Shown piece by piece: positions 8,639-18,740 of a stretch of DNA of 64,000 nt (position 1 is the first letter of the stretch; the number at the start of each line of letters is the position of its first letter). The notes under the pieces were generated by a model. It made no database searches. It was not told the origin of the DNA and saw only the letters and a list, made by a program, of their open reading frames with translations. The position numbers and the translations under genes were made by a program. The DNA is from Chloroflexota bacterium (lineage in GTDB: Bacteria; Bacillota; Sulfobacillia; JBFLWA01; JBLNDB01): NCBI GenBank assembly GCA_050261235.1, contig JBLNDB010000032.1, positions 4,894 through 68,893 on the forward strand, written 5' to 3'.

Positions 8639-10231
8639 TCAGCCTTCATAGACGACCTTTCCGCCAACCATCGTCATCTGCACGCGGATGTCTTTGATCC
8701 GGAGCGGGTCGACGACGAACGGGTCATCCCCGAGGACGACCAGGTCGGCCAGCTTGCCAGGGGTCAGCGTGCCCTTGATGCCCTCTTCGAACGACACGTA
8801 GGCTGCGTTGCGCGTGAACAAAGCAACAGCCTGGTCCACGGACAGCCGCTGCTCCGGCAGCCAGCCGCCAGCAGGTGTGCCGTCCATTGCCGCCCGCGTC
8901 ACCGCGGCGTAGATTCCCCAGAGCGGCTGGAGCGGCTCGACGGGACAGTCTGAGCCGCCGGCACAGTGGACACCCGCATCGAGAAGGCTCTTCCAGGCGT
9001 ACGACCAGCGAATCCGCTCCTGGCCGACGCGGTCGCCCGCCCAGGCCAGTTCGCCGGTGACGAATTTGGGCTGGATGTCGGCAATCAGGCGGAGCGTCCT
9101 GAGCCGCTCGATAATCTGCGGATTGATGACCTGCAGGTGGATGATCCGGTGCCGGTAATCGGCGCGCGGATGGGCCGTCACTGCCCTCTCGATGGCATCG
9201 AGAGCCGAGTCGACGGCGCGGTCGCCGATGGCGTGGATCGCCACCTGCATCCCTTTGCGGTGTGACGCCAGGACCAGCGCGTCGAGGTCCTCCTGTGCGT
9301 ACATCATCAGCCCGCGCGTGGCCGGCTCATCGCTGTAGGGCTCGTAGAGGGCGGCGGTCCGCGCCCCGAGACTGCCGTCGACGAACATCTTGACGGATCC
9401 GATGCGGAGCCATTCATCGCCGAATCCCGTAATCAGCTCGGCAGCCTCGACGGCCTCGAGCGACAACGTCCGGTCGAGGTAGATCCTGACGGTGGACTTG
9501 CCCGCGTTGCGAACATCCTGCATCACGCGGAGCATGCCGTCATCATTGCTGTGGACGGAAGTCAGCCCGCAGGCGTTGGCCCGGGCCATGGCGCGGAGCA
9601 GAGCCTCACGCTTCTGGTCGGCACTGGGCTCCGGCATGTGCCTCTTGACCAGGTCGCAGGCCGCCTCGGTGAGGATTCCGTTCGGCTCGCCGTCCGCATC
9701 CCGCCTGATCTCGCCGTCGGCTGGCGCCGGCGTGTCCCTGGTGATGCCAGCCAATTCCAGTGCCCTGCTGTTGACGACGATCGCGTGGTAACAGACGCGA
9801 TCAAGGACCACCGGCCGATCGCTCACCACCGCGTCGAGGTCGTGGCGCGTCGGGTACCGCTTGTCGGCGAATGCGCCCTGCTCCCAGCCGCCGCCGGTCA
9901 ACCACTCGCCGGGCCGCAGCGACCGCGCATGGGCGCTGATCCGTGCCTGCAGCTCGGCGATCGACTTGACGCCGTTGAGATCGACCTGATTGAGGAAGAA
10001 ACCGTACCAGGTCAGGTGGTTGTGGCTGTCGATCAGGCCGGGGACGACAGCCCGACCGCCGAGGTCGACCCGGCGACAGCCAGCCGGCGCCAGCGCATCG
10101 ATCTCCGCGACTGAGCCGGTGGCGACGATGCGGTCGCCAGCGATGGCGAGGGCGGCGAACGGCTGATTCTCCTGATCCATTGGGTAGAATCGGCCGCCGA
10201 CAAGAACCTGATCGATCTTCTCAGTTCTCAC
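8639..10231 (-). CDS. Amidohydrolase 3 family (YtcJ-like) metal-dependent hydrolase
   Basis: PGLIDSHNH, KMFVDGSLGARTA, HAIGDRAVD, RIIH, GGSDCPVE, GTLTPGKLADLVVL. GTG start 10231. Confidence 0.88.
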   Translation of the reverse strand: MRTEKIDQVLVGGRFYPMDQENQPFAALAIAGDRIVATGSVAEIDALAPAGCRRVDLGGRAVVPGLIDSHNHLTWYGFFLNQVDLNGVKSIAELQARISAHARSLRPGEWLTGGGWEQGAFADKRYPTRHDLDAVVSDRPVVLDRVCYHAIVVNSRALELAGITRDTPAPADGEIRRDADGEPNGILTEAACDLVKRHMPEPSADQKREALLRAMARANACGLTSVHSNDDGMLRVMQDVRNAGKSTVRIYLDRTLSLEAVEAAELITGFGDEWLRIGSVKMFVDGSLGARTAALYEPYSDEPATRGLMMYAQEDLDALVLASHRKGMQVAIHAIGDRAVDSALDAIERAVTAHPRADYRHRIIHLQVINPQIIERLRTLRLIADIQPKFVTGELAWAGDRVGQERIRWSYAWKSLLDAGVHCAGGSDCPVEPLQPLWGIYAAVTRAAMDGTPAGGWLPEQRLSVDQAVALFTRNAAYVSFEEGIKGTLTPGKLADLVVLGDDPFVVDPLRIKDIRVQMTMVGGKVVYEG

Positions 10232-10405
10232 GCAGGAATGCCTCCGATCCGGCGGCCGGTTGCGGCGATCGTGCCGGGCCGCGGCAGATTGCTTCAAAAG
10301 CCTGTCTCTGATTTCGTCGCTGGACGTTGCATCCCTGCTGCTGCGCGGGCTGGCGGGAGTGCTATAATGGGCACATACACTGAACGAGCGGAGTTGGACA
10401 CACCA

Positions 10406-11839
10406 ATGAACGCAGCCGCACCGCGCACGACCGAACGATATCTGCGGACAAGCCCGATCAGCGCCGCGGCGCCGATGCTGGCGCTCATCGCTGCCCTCAT
10501 CTTCACCCAGCGGCGCGGACTGCCGCTGTACGTCGCGCTGGCAATCGGCTTCGTCGCCTCGTGGCTCGTCGCTTCCCTGCTCGGTGCACCCCAGAGGGGG
10601 CTCCTCGGTTACGCCGGCCGCGGCGTGCGTCGAGTGCTGCCGATTCTCGCCATTCTCGCCTGTGTCGGCGGCATGACGGCGATCTGGCTCGCCAGCGGCA
10701 CCGTGCCCGGGCTGATCTACTATGGGTTGTCGCTGGTCAGCCCAGGCATCATGATCGTCGCCGGTTTCGTGCTCGCCTCAGTGACATCGATGGTGCTCGG
10801 GTCGTCGATCGGTACGCTGAGTACCATTGGCATAGCGTTGATGGGAGTCGCGCGGGCTGCCGGCGCGCCCCTGCCACTGATGGCCGGCGCGCTCGCCTCC
10901 GGGGCTCTGCTCGGCGATCGAACCTCGCCACTCTCCGGAACGTTTCACCTGACCGCAAACATGACCGAGACGTCGGTCGAGCGCACGTTGCGGGCGCTCC
11001 TCCCGTCCGCACTGCCAGCCTGGTTGCTGTCCCTGACTGCCTATGTCGTCCTCGGCGGACGCTGGCAGGGCGACGCCGGCGCGGCCGGCGCCGCGGTCGC
11101 AGCCCCGTTTCTCCGCAGCTTAGCGGCCAATTTCGACCTGTCGTGGGTCGTCCTGTTGCCACCAGTCGTCGTCTTCGCCCTGGCGGCCGCGCGCCGGCCG
11201 GTGCTCCAGAGCCTTGTCGCCGGCCTGCTCGCCGGGGCAGCTATCGCAGTGATCGTGCAACACAGGCCGCCGCTTGCCCTGGCCGGCGACCTGGTCGCGG
11301 GCTTCGCCCTGAAGAGCGGTGTGCCGTCGCTCGATGCCATCGTCAGTGGCGGCGGACTGCTGCATATGGTCAATACGATACTCTTGCTCGTCTTTGCGGG
11401 TGCGTTCAGCGGCGTGCTGGAAGGCATGGAGCTGCTTGAGGCGCTGGTCCGGCCGCTGCTCGCCCAAATCAAGCGACCACAGGAGCTGTTGGTCGCGACG
11501 ATGGGCCTGAGCTGTCTGGCCGCGGCGACTGTGGCCAACCAAGTGCTCAGCATCATCCTGCCGGCCCGCCTGCTCCACGGAGAGTACGCCCGCAGGCGAA
11601 TCCCATCCGAACTCATGGCGCGGATGCTTGCTGATTCGGGCTCGGTCGTCTCGCCGCTGATTCCCTGGAACCTGATGGCGGTCATCAGTTCGGCGGCGCT
11701 CGGTCTCGCGCCAAGTGCCTATGGCCCGTACGCCGTGCTGATGTACGCGTTCCCCATCGTCACGCTGGTCTGGATCTACAGCCGGCGGTGGCAGGCTTTC
11801 CCGCAACCGGTCACGGAATCGGTCACGGCAACTCACTGA
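10406..11839 (+). CDS. NhaC-family antiporter (Na+/H+ or amino acid/organic acid)
   Basis: About 12 TM helices; GSSIGTLSTIG, GDRTSPLS, LIPWN motifs. Extended -10 TGcTATAAT near 10360. Confidence 0.8.
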   Translation: MNAAAPRTTERYLRTSPISAAAPMLALIAALIFTQRRGLPLYVALAIGFVASWLVASLLGAPQRGLLGYAGRGVRRVLPILAILACVGGMTAIWLASGTVPGLIYYGLSLVSPGIMIVAGFVLASVTSMVLGSSIGTLSTIGIALMGVARAAGAPLPLMAGALASGALLGDRTSPLSGTFHLTANMTETSVERTLRALLPSALPAWLLSLTAYVVLGGRWQGDAGAAGAAVAAPFLRSLAANFDLSWVVLLPPVVVFALAAARRPVLQSLVAGLLAGAAIAVIVQHRPPLALAGDLVAGFALKSGVPSLDAIVSGGGLLHMVNTILLLVFAGAFSGVLEGMELLEALVRPLLAQIKRPQELLVATMGLSCLAAATVANQVLSIILPARLLHGEYARRRIPSELMARMLADSGSVVSPLIPWNLMAVISSAALGLAPSAYGPYAVLMYAFPIVTLVWIYSRRWQAFPQPVTESVTATH

Positions 11840-14800
11840 CCCGGCAGAATTCCCGGTAGAGGAGAGCCTCCTCGCCCGATGCGGCCGAGATGATGAAGCA
11901 CAACCGTTCGGACGTCTGCCCTGCCTCGACCCTGAGCGGCGCTGGCGCGGAGATGAGCACTCCGGCAGCGCCGTAGTCGTCTGCGCGCAGGAGCGCGTCC
12001 GGCGACACGACGACAAGCTCTGCCCCGGCCCCGATCGCCAGCCAGTCGCATCGCTGCAGCGTCGCATGACCGCTGGCGGCGGTCCGCGTCTGCGGTGCGT
12101 CGTCTGCGCCGGCGGTGTCCCGCATATACCTCAGGTTTGCCCCCGGCGGGCGCAGCGGATAGCAGTTCCAGCCGAAACCGATGTCCAAATCGGCGCCGGT
12201 CGCGTTGCTGACGCGCGTCACGACCGCAATGATGTTGCTGCCCGGGAGCGTCAGGAGATCAAGCGAGCGCGCGATGCCAGCAGGGACGGCCGGCACTGCT
12301 GAGCGCCAGGCTGCCGCCGGCGGATTCGCAGCCACGGTGATGCGAATGCCCTCCCACATGAAACCACGCCGCCCCCGGACAGCGACATGCCGCGTCGCAT
12401 AGCGGTCGGCCTGGCCGCGCCCCGGCCAGTCGGCGCGCCCGTAGCTCGTCTGCGGATGCAATCCCCCATACCAGGGAGCGATGTCGACAAAGGTCGCGGG
12501 AGCGGGATACGCTGACGCGAGCAGTTCGCGCCCAAGGTCGCGCAACGAGTACAGGCAGCCCGCAAACTCCGGCGCGAGCTTGGCGGACAGGCGGCCGTTG
12601 CGGATCTCCCACTCTCCGCCGGAGACGGGCGAAACCTCCACCCGTCCGGCTCCCTGCACTGAGAACACCGGCTGCCGCTGCTCGAGATCGCCCGAGGCCG
12701 CCCTCCAGATGATCGTTGCGGGTGCTGCGCCGGCCGGGGCGCCCGGCGGCGACGTCACTGCGATCGGCACTGCCAGCCCGCGGCCGAGGGAGACGTGGTC
12801 TACGTCCACGGCCCGCGGCTCGGCCTGCCAGCCCGGCGGCAGCGACACCTCGATCCGGCCGCCGCGCGGGGACTCGCGCCGGTTGTCGGCAGTGAGCGTC
12901 AAGTCCGGCGCAGCGCAGATGACCGGACGGGGAGCCAACTCGACGCTGGTCACTGCGACCGGGTCGCATCGCCGGGCACTGCGGCCGCGTCCGGCCCAGA
13001 CTGCGCGCACGGCGCGCCAATCGCCGGGGCCGACATAGAGTCGAACTGGCGGCAACTCTGTGGACCAGTCCCGGGAGATGGGCGCCAGCCGGTGCGTCAC
13101 CTGAGCCAGGCAGCGCGACCAGAAGACGACCGTCGGACGGCCATCGCAGATCAGGCCGACCGCCCCGTCGCCGTCCCAGGCGGCCAGCCATTGCTCGCTC
13201 AGCAGGCCCGCCTCGTCGCGGTAGTCGAGCCCGAGCGGGTATTCGCCATCGATGATCTCGCCTGTAGTGATGCCGCTGGCGAGCGGCACGGCCAGGCGTC
13301 CGCTGCGCAGCAGCGACCAGACGGTAAAGCGCGCCCTGAGGTCGGCGCCGGCAGTCGCCCCTGCGAGCGCGCCGGCGCTGCTCAGGCGGTCGGCGACACT
13401 CACGATCGGGCCAATCAGACTGACGCGCCGCGTCACGGTGACTGACCCGCCGGCGCACCAAGTCTGTTCGACTGACATCCCGTCGCCCGATTGGACAGTG
13501 CGGAAGCGGCAGTCTCGCTCACCGCCATCGGGTACGCCGGCGAGCTTGAGGGGAGCGACGGCAACCGCCCGCCTGCCGGCGAGCCGGTCGGTGACGACCA
13601 AACGGCGCCCCTCAAAGCCGACCGCCACGAACTCGTTGGCCAGCCACGCCCGATCCCCGTCTGTGGCTGCAACCGGGACGCCGTCTGACGGAGCCAGCAA
13701 CCAGACATCGTGCGTGATGGTGCGAAGCAGCCCCCCTCCCGCGAGGACGCGTCCGGTCAACCGGATGCGACCGGTCCCCGCGCGTGCGCCGGCTTCGAGA
13801 TCGAATCCCGCCACCGAGCCGGCGGGAATGGCCAGCGCCAACGGCGCTGTCTGGCCTCGGGAGATAGTGACGCCACCGCTCGCCTCGGCCAGCATCTCGA
13901 CGGTTACGGCGGCCGGGAGGCGGTTCTCGACCATGAAGTTGAGCCGGCGCGCTTCACCCGGGTGCAAAACGTGGTCGCCGGTGTAGCTGACCCGCACGGG
14001 GTCCGGCTGCGGCACCGCCACGTCGACCCAGCCCTCGGTCGCGCCGGCGTCTGTGCTGGCCAGAATGCGCGCCCGCGCCTCCGCAGGGGCACTGCCGGCG
14101 CCATCGGTGACAGCGGCTGGTCTCAGGTCGACGGTGAACGCCAGCGGCTCGCCGCTGGCCGGCGCCGACTGCGGCCCGACGGGCGTCGCCTCAAAGCCGG
14201 CGCCGGCACTGACGGCGACACGCACCTCCGCGCCGGAAGCGGCCGTGATTGAGACCCCGATCGCCGGCCAGGGGCTGTCGCCGGTCTGAGGCAGCGGCCA
14301 GCCCTCGACGGTCAGCCGCGGCGTGTCGACCGCCATGATACAGCCGCTGCGGTGATCAATGGCGACCACCAGACGATCATCACCGTCCGCAAAACGGTAG
14401 ACATAGGCAGCCTGACCCCGCCATTCGTCATAGTCCTCGCTGACGCGCAGTTCGCGACGCTGCGTCCGATACCAGTCGTGATGGGCAAAGTAGCGAGCCG
14501 CCAGCGGATGACCCATCACCAGCGGCAAGAAGTTGACCATCTCGACCGCCGTGCCGGGGACCCAGAAGAAGCCGACCTTCTTGTAGAGCGGCACGGCGGC
14601 TGAGTTCGCGGGCCAGGTCGTCAGCCGCAGCCGCCGCTGGCCGGCGGCGACTGCCTGGCTCAGGGCGCGCAGCAGCAAATCCCGCCCCACACCCTGCCCC
14701 CGGTAGCCAGGGTGGACGTTGAGGAGCGGGATGTACAAGGAGTCCGGCGTATCTTGGGCGAGGTCACAATAGCCGACGATGCGACCGTCCGCCTTCGCCA

Positions 14801-14966
14801 CAAACCGTGCCAGCGCCTCGTGCGCGGCGATCCACTCGCTCATCAGGGCTGCGTTTTTGGGTGGCCGGGCGTTGAAGCCGCGGGGCCACGAAGCGTCGCT
14901 CTCGTTCCACATCGCCGCCAGCGCTGCGGCATCCTCATCCCGATAGACATCAATGACCGCGGCCAC
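11823..14966 (-). CDS. Large (~1050 aa) GNAT-family acetyltransferase with long uncharacterised C-terminal region
   Basis: GNAT motifs LLNVHPGYRGQGVGRDL and TWPANSAAVPLYKKVGFFW, then about 850 aa of beta-rich sequence. GTG start inferred at 14966. Confidence 0.75.
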   Translation of the reverse strand: MAAVIDVYRDEDAAALAAMWNESDASWPRGFNARPPKNAALMSEWIAAHEALARFVAKADGRIVGYCDLAQDTPDSLYIPLLNVHPGYRGQGVGRDLLLRALSQAVAAGQRRLRLTTWPANSAAVPLYKKVGFFWVPGTAVEMVNFLPLVMGHPLAARYFAHHDWYRTQRRELRVSEDYDEWRGQAAYVYRFADGDDRLVVAIDHRSGCIMAVDTPRLTVEGWPLPQTGDSPWPAIGVSITAASGAEVRVAVSAGAGFEATPVGPQSAPASGEPLAFTVDLRPAAVTDGAGSAPAEARARILASTDAGATEGWVDVAVPQPDPVRVSYTGDHVLHPGEARRLNFMVENRLPAAVTVEMLAEASGGVTISRGQTAPLALAIPAGSVAGFDLEAGARAGTGRIRLTGRVLAGGGLLRTITHDVWLLAPSDGVPVAATDGDRAWLANEFVAVGFEGRRLVVTDRLAGRRAVAVAPLKLAGVPDGGERDCRFRTVQSGDGMSVEQTWCAGGSVTVTRRVSLIGPIVSVADRLSSAGALAGATAGADLRARFTVWSLLRSGRLAVPLASGITTGEIIDGEYPLGLDYRDEAGLLSEQWLAAWDGDGAVGLICDGRPTVVFWSRCLAQVTHRLAPISRDWSTELPPVRLYVGPGDWRAVRAVWAGRGRSARRCDPVAVTSVELAPRPVICAAPDLTLTADNRRESPRGGRIEVSLPPGWQAEPRAVDVDHVSLGRGLAVPIAVTSPPGAPAGAAPATIIWRAASGDLEQRQPVFSVQGAGRVEVSPVSGGEWEIRNGRLSAKLAPEFAGCLYSLRDLGRELLASAYPAPATFVDIAPWYGGLHPQTSYGRADWPGRGQADRYATRHVAVRGRRGFMWEGIRITVAANPPAAAWRSAVPAVPAGIARSLDLLTLPGSNIIAVVTRVSNATGADLDIGFGWNCYPLRPPGANLRYMRDTAGADDAPQTRTAASGHATLQRCDWLAIGAGAELVVVSPDALLRADDYGAAGVLISAPAPLRVEAGQTSERLCFIISAASGEEALLYREFCRVSELP

Positions 14967-15990
14967 GACCTCCGCCCTTTCCGAAATCCCTGCGGCCCGA
15001 GCCGCCGCGCGTTCCAGCCGGGACAGGCCGGCTGGCCGTGCCAAGCTTGTCTGCCGCTCGCGGCCTGCCGCGGGCAGGAGTCGGGCGGCTCCGCACCGGC
15101 GGCCGCGCCGGCAACCCCGGCACCGGCTTTCTGACAGTCTTCGACCGTGGCGCGGCATCGCTCCTGGACGTGACCTTCCTGTCGTCGCGGCGCCCGGCCG
15201 GCGCCCGACCGTCGTCCGTCTCGGCCTCGGCGTCAAGCCGCTGCGGGTCAGCCTCCGCCTCGAGACGGGCGACTTCCTCGTCCGACAGGGCGCGGAACTT
15301 GCCGGGCTGCAGACCGGCCAGCGTCAGGAAGGCGATGCGCGTTCTGATCAACCGGCTGACCGGGTGACCGACCGCTTCGCACATCCGCCTGACTTGCCGG
15401 TTGCGCCCCTCGTGGATGGTCAGTTCGATCCAGGTGTCGTCGCCTTCCGGCTTGATCAGGCGCACGCGCGCCGGCGCAGTGACGCCGTCCTCGAGCGTGA
15501 CGCCCCGCCGGAGCGTGCTCAGGGCCTGCGCGTCGGGGGTGCCCTTGACGAGCGCCAGATAGGTCTTGCCGATCTGGTGGCTCGGGTGCGTCAAAATGTT
15601 GGTCAGATGGCCGTCATTTGTGACAATGATCAGGCCTTCGCTGTCGTAGTCGAGCCTGCCGACGGGGTACAGCCGGAGCGTCGACGGCACGAGGTCGGTC
15701 ACCTTCGGTCGTCCCTCGGGATCGCTCGCCGTGCTGACATAGCCACGCGGCTTGTAGACCGCGTAGCGGACGATTCGCTCGCCGGCGCCGATATCTACGC
15801 CATCGACCTCGACCGTGTCGACACCGACGCGCGCGCGCGCCCCGAGCTCACGCACGACGACCCCGTTGACCTTCACGCGTCCGGCACTGATCAACTCCTC
15901 ACAGCGTCGCCGCGAGCCGACACCCGCCTGGGCCATGATCTTCTGCAGCCGGACGCCTTCGTTCGCACTATCGCCCACGTGTTGCGCCAA
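14950..15990 (-). CDS. rluB: 23S rRNA pseudouridine synthase RluB with basic C-terminal tail
   Basis: S4 domain RLQKIMAQAGVGSRR, catalytic VGRLDYDSEGL, GRNRQVRRM. Lies in the scpAB neighbourhood. Confidence 0.9.
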   Translation of the reverse strand: MAQHVGDSANEGVRLQKIMAQAGVGSRRRCEELISAGRVKVNGVVVRELGARARVGVDTVEVDGVDIGAGERIVRYAVYKPRGYVSTASDPEGRPKVTDLVPSTLRLYPVGRLDYDSEGLIIVTNDGHLTNILTHPSHQIGKTYLALVKGTPDAQALSTLRRGVTLEDGVTAPARVRLIKPEGDDTWIELTIHEGRNRQVRRMCEAVGHPVSRLIRTRIAFLTLAGLQPGKFRALSDEEVARLEAEADPQRLDAEAETDDGRAPAGRRDDRKVTSRSDAAPRSKTVRKPVPGLPARPPVRSRPTPARGRPRAADKLGTASRPVPAGTRGGSGRRDFGKGGGRGRGH

Positions 15991-16224
15991 CCCCCAGTCC
16001 TCCTCTGCTGGTCCGTCCCGCCATTCTCTCTATCGTTCGGCAGCGATCGCCGCTGACCTGCAGGCTGCCCGCGCGCCACCGGTCGCCCACCCCTGGGAAT
16101 AACATGACCGCGCGGGGGCAGGAATAGTACTGCGGCCTGCAGGCCGCATGGGCAACGAAAGTGCCGCGCGCGCAAACGCGCGGCACTTGCCGTCACTCCG
16201 TCGTGAGCCGGAGCAATCGCCAGT

Positions 16225-16812
16225 TCAGGCGCCGGCCCGGGCGTACCCCAGTCGCAGGGCGGCGATGTTGGCATCGATCGTCTTTGGCGGCACGAGTCCG
16301 GCCACGACTCTCTCCCAGGCGGGCAGATCGGCAAGCGCCAGCACACGCGCCAATGCGCCGACGAGGACCACGTTCTGGGTCCGGTAGTTGCCCGCCTCTG
16401 TCGCGACGGCGGCGGCGTCGATGAGGACAACGCGGTCCGCCTTCTCTCGCACCAGGTCGATGACATCGGCGGGGTACGGCCGTTGTCCGAGCAACACCGG
16501 CAATGGCGGCAGCGCCAGATCGTTGACGATCACCGTGCCGCCCGGCTTGAGATAGCGCCGGTAGCGCGCCGCTTCCAGCCGCTCGAAGGCAAGGATGAAG
16601 TCGGCCTGGTCGGGCTCGATCAGCGGCGAGTGGACCCGGTCGCCGTATCGAACCTGCGTCACAACGCTCCCACCGCGTTGGGCCATGCCGTGGACCTCGG
16701 ACATCTTGACGTCGAAGCCGCGCTCCGCGAGCACACTGGCGACGATCTTGCTGGCGAGGATCGTCCCCTGGCCGCCGACACCGACCAGCAGGAGATTCTT
16801 GACCTCACTCAT
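16225..16812 (-). CDS. iorB: Indolepyruvate:ferredoxin oxidoreductase beta subunit
   Basis: VGVGGQGTILAS, SEVHGMAQRGGSV, NVVLVGAL. Confidence 0.92.
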   Translation of the reverse strand: MSEVKNLLLVGVGGQGTILASKIVASVLAERGFDVKMSEVHGMAQRGGSVVTQVRYGDRVHSPLIEPDQADFILAFERLEAARYRRYLKPGGTVIVNDLALPPLPVLLGQRPYPADVIDLVREKADRVVLIDAAAVATEAGNYRTQNVVLVGALARVLALADLPAWERVVAGLVPPKTIDANIAALRLGYARAGA

Positions 16813-18547
16813 GGCGCTCACCTTCCTTGACCAGGGCATCGAACTTGCAGAGGTCGCTGCATACGCCGCAGCCGAAGCAGTTGTCGCGGTTGATCGCGAT
16901 CGTGCCGTCAGGCCGGACCTCGATCGCCGGGCAGCCGAGACGCAAGCACGCCTTGCACTGCTTGCACTTGTCGGGCAGGATGGTGTACCGCTCCGGACCA
17001 GGCTTGGCGATCAGGGCGCAGGGGCGGCGGGCTATGACCACGGCAGGTTCCGGCAACTCGGTCAGTTCCCGCAGCGTCTGTTCGACCTGCGTCAGGTCAT
17101 ATGGATCGACGACCGCCACGTGCTTGATGCCGAGCGCCCGGACGATCGCCTCAAGGTCGGCCTGCTGCGCCACCTCGCCGAGCAGCGTCTGCCCGGTGCC
17201 GGGGTTGTGCTGGTGCCCGGTCATCGCCGTGATCCGGTTGTCGAGGATCATCGTGATGACATTGGCGCGATTGTAGACCACGTTGATGAGGCCGGTCATG
17301 CCGGAATGGAAGAAGGTCGAGTCGCCGATGACGGCGACAAGCTTCCCCCGGTGCTCGCCGCCGGCCTTGGCGAACCCATGAGCCATGCCGATGCTGGCGC
17401 CCATGCAGATGCAGCTGTCGATCGCCGTCAGCGGGGGCGCCGAACCGAGCGTGTAGCAGCCGATATCACCGGTCACGGTGCAGTTGAGCTTCTTCAGGAC
17501 GAACATGACGCCCCGGTGCGGGCACCCAGGGCACATCACCGGCGGCCGGACGGGCAGGTCGGCCCCGTCGGCAGCGGCTCTGGACTGGCCGTTCACCGCC
17601 CCGGCGATCAGTTCGGCGGACAGCTCGCCGGTGCGCGGCAGGACGTCCTTGCCGTGACAGGCGATGCCCCAACTCCGAATCTGCTCCTCGAGATACGGCT
17701 CGAGCTCTTCGATGACGTAAAGTCGCTTCACACTGGCGGCGAACTCGCGGATCTTGCGCTCTGGCAAGGGATGTGTGAAGCCGAGCTTCAGGTAGCTGAC
17801 CTGGTCGCCGAGCGCTTCGCGGGCATACTGGTAGGTGATGCCAGAGACGACCACGCCGATCTCACGGCCCGGATTCTCGATTCGGTTGAGCGGGGTCGTC
17901 TCCGCGTACTCGATCAGCTTGGCGCGGCGCTGCTCGACGATCACGTGCCGGCGCTGGGCGCCTGCCGGCGTCATGACATACTTCGGGATGTCCTTGGTGT
18001 AGGCCCGGAGCGGGACATCGTGCCGCCCGCCCTCCTCGACCAGGCTCTTGGAGTGCGAGATGCGAGTCGTCGTTCGAAGCATGACGGGGGTGTCGTACTG
18101 CTCGCTGACCGCGAGCGCGGTCGCGACGAAGTCCAGACATTCCTGACTGTCGCTTGGCTCGAGCAGGGGGATCTTCGCGAACTTGGCGAACAGGCGATTG
18201 TCCTGCTCGTTCTGGGAGCTGTGCATGCCCGGGTCATCGGCCGAGACGATGACCAGTCCGCCGTTGACACCGCTGTAGGAGGCCGTCATCAGCGGATCGG
18301 CAGCGACGTTGACACCAACATGCTTCATCGCCACCAGCGCCCGCGCGCCAGCGAGCGATGCGCCCAGGGCGACCTCCATCGCGACCTTCTCGTTGGTTGA
18401 CCACTCGGCGTAGATGGCATCTTTGTACAGGGCGATATTCTCGAGGATCTCGGTGCTCGGAGTCCCCGGATAGGCGGTCGCGACGGTCACACCCGCCTCG
18501 TAGGCACCGCGGGCGATCGCTTCGTTCCCGGTGAGAAGCTTCTTCAC
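16805..18547 (-). CDS. iorA: Indolepyruvate:ferredoxin oxidoreductase alpha subunit
   Basis: LLTGNEAIARG, YPGTPSTE, NEKVA, MKHVG, CPGCPHR, GDIGCY, and a C-terminal 2x[4Fe-4S] ferredoxin (CKQCKAC...CP; CFGCGVC..LC). Confidence 0.93.
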   Translation of the reverse strand: MKKLLTGNEAIARGAYEAGVTVATAYPGTPSTEILENIALYKDAIYAEWSTNEKVAMEVALGASLAGARALVAMKHVGVNVAADPLMTASYSGVNGGLVIVSADDPGMHSSQNEQDNRLFAKFAKIPLLEPSDSQECLDFVATALAVSEQYDTPVMLRTTTRISHSKSLVEEGGRHDVPLRAYTKDIPKYVMTPAGAQRRHVIVEQRRAKLIEYAETTPLNRIENPGREIGVVVSGITYQYAREALGDQVSYLKLGFTHPLPERKIREFAASVKRLYVIEELEPYLEEQIRSWGIACHGKDVLPRTGELSAELIAGAVNGQSRAAADGADLPVRPPVMCPGCPHRGVMFVLKKLNCTVTGDIGCYTLGSAPPLTAIDSCICMGASIGMAHGFAKAGGEHRGKLVAVIGDSTFFHSGMTGLINVVYNRANVITMILDNRITAMTGHQHNPGTGQTLLGEVAQQADLEAIVRALGIKHVAVVDPYDLTQVEQTLRELTELPEPAVVIARRPCALIAKPGPERYTILPDKCKQCKACLRLGCPAIEVRPDGTIAINRDNCFGCGVCSDLCKFDALVKEGERHE

Positions 18548-18740
18548 AGTCTCTCCTCCTTGGTGTTTCGACTCGGGTATCTTCTAAGGGACGTGGCCGA
18601 AGTCCTGCCCGGTCCCAAACGGCCAGGCCCCGGATTTCATGGTATAATGCATCTGGTCGTGGGGCCAGAGGAGGATGCCGGAACCTTCCGGCCAATACCT
18701 AAGTATGTCCGTCGGCTCTTAATCTCGGGGGGATTCATGA

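Noticed and set aside
16095-16130. Sigma-E promoter upstream of rluB
   Set aside because: Spacing between TACTATT and CATGTTAT is 16 nt rather than about 14, and no sporulation gene follows.
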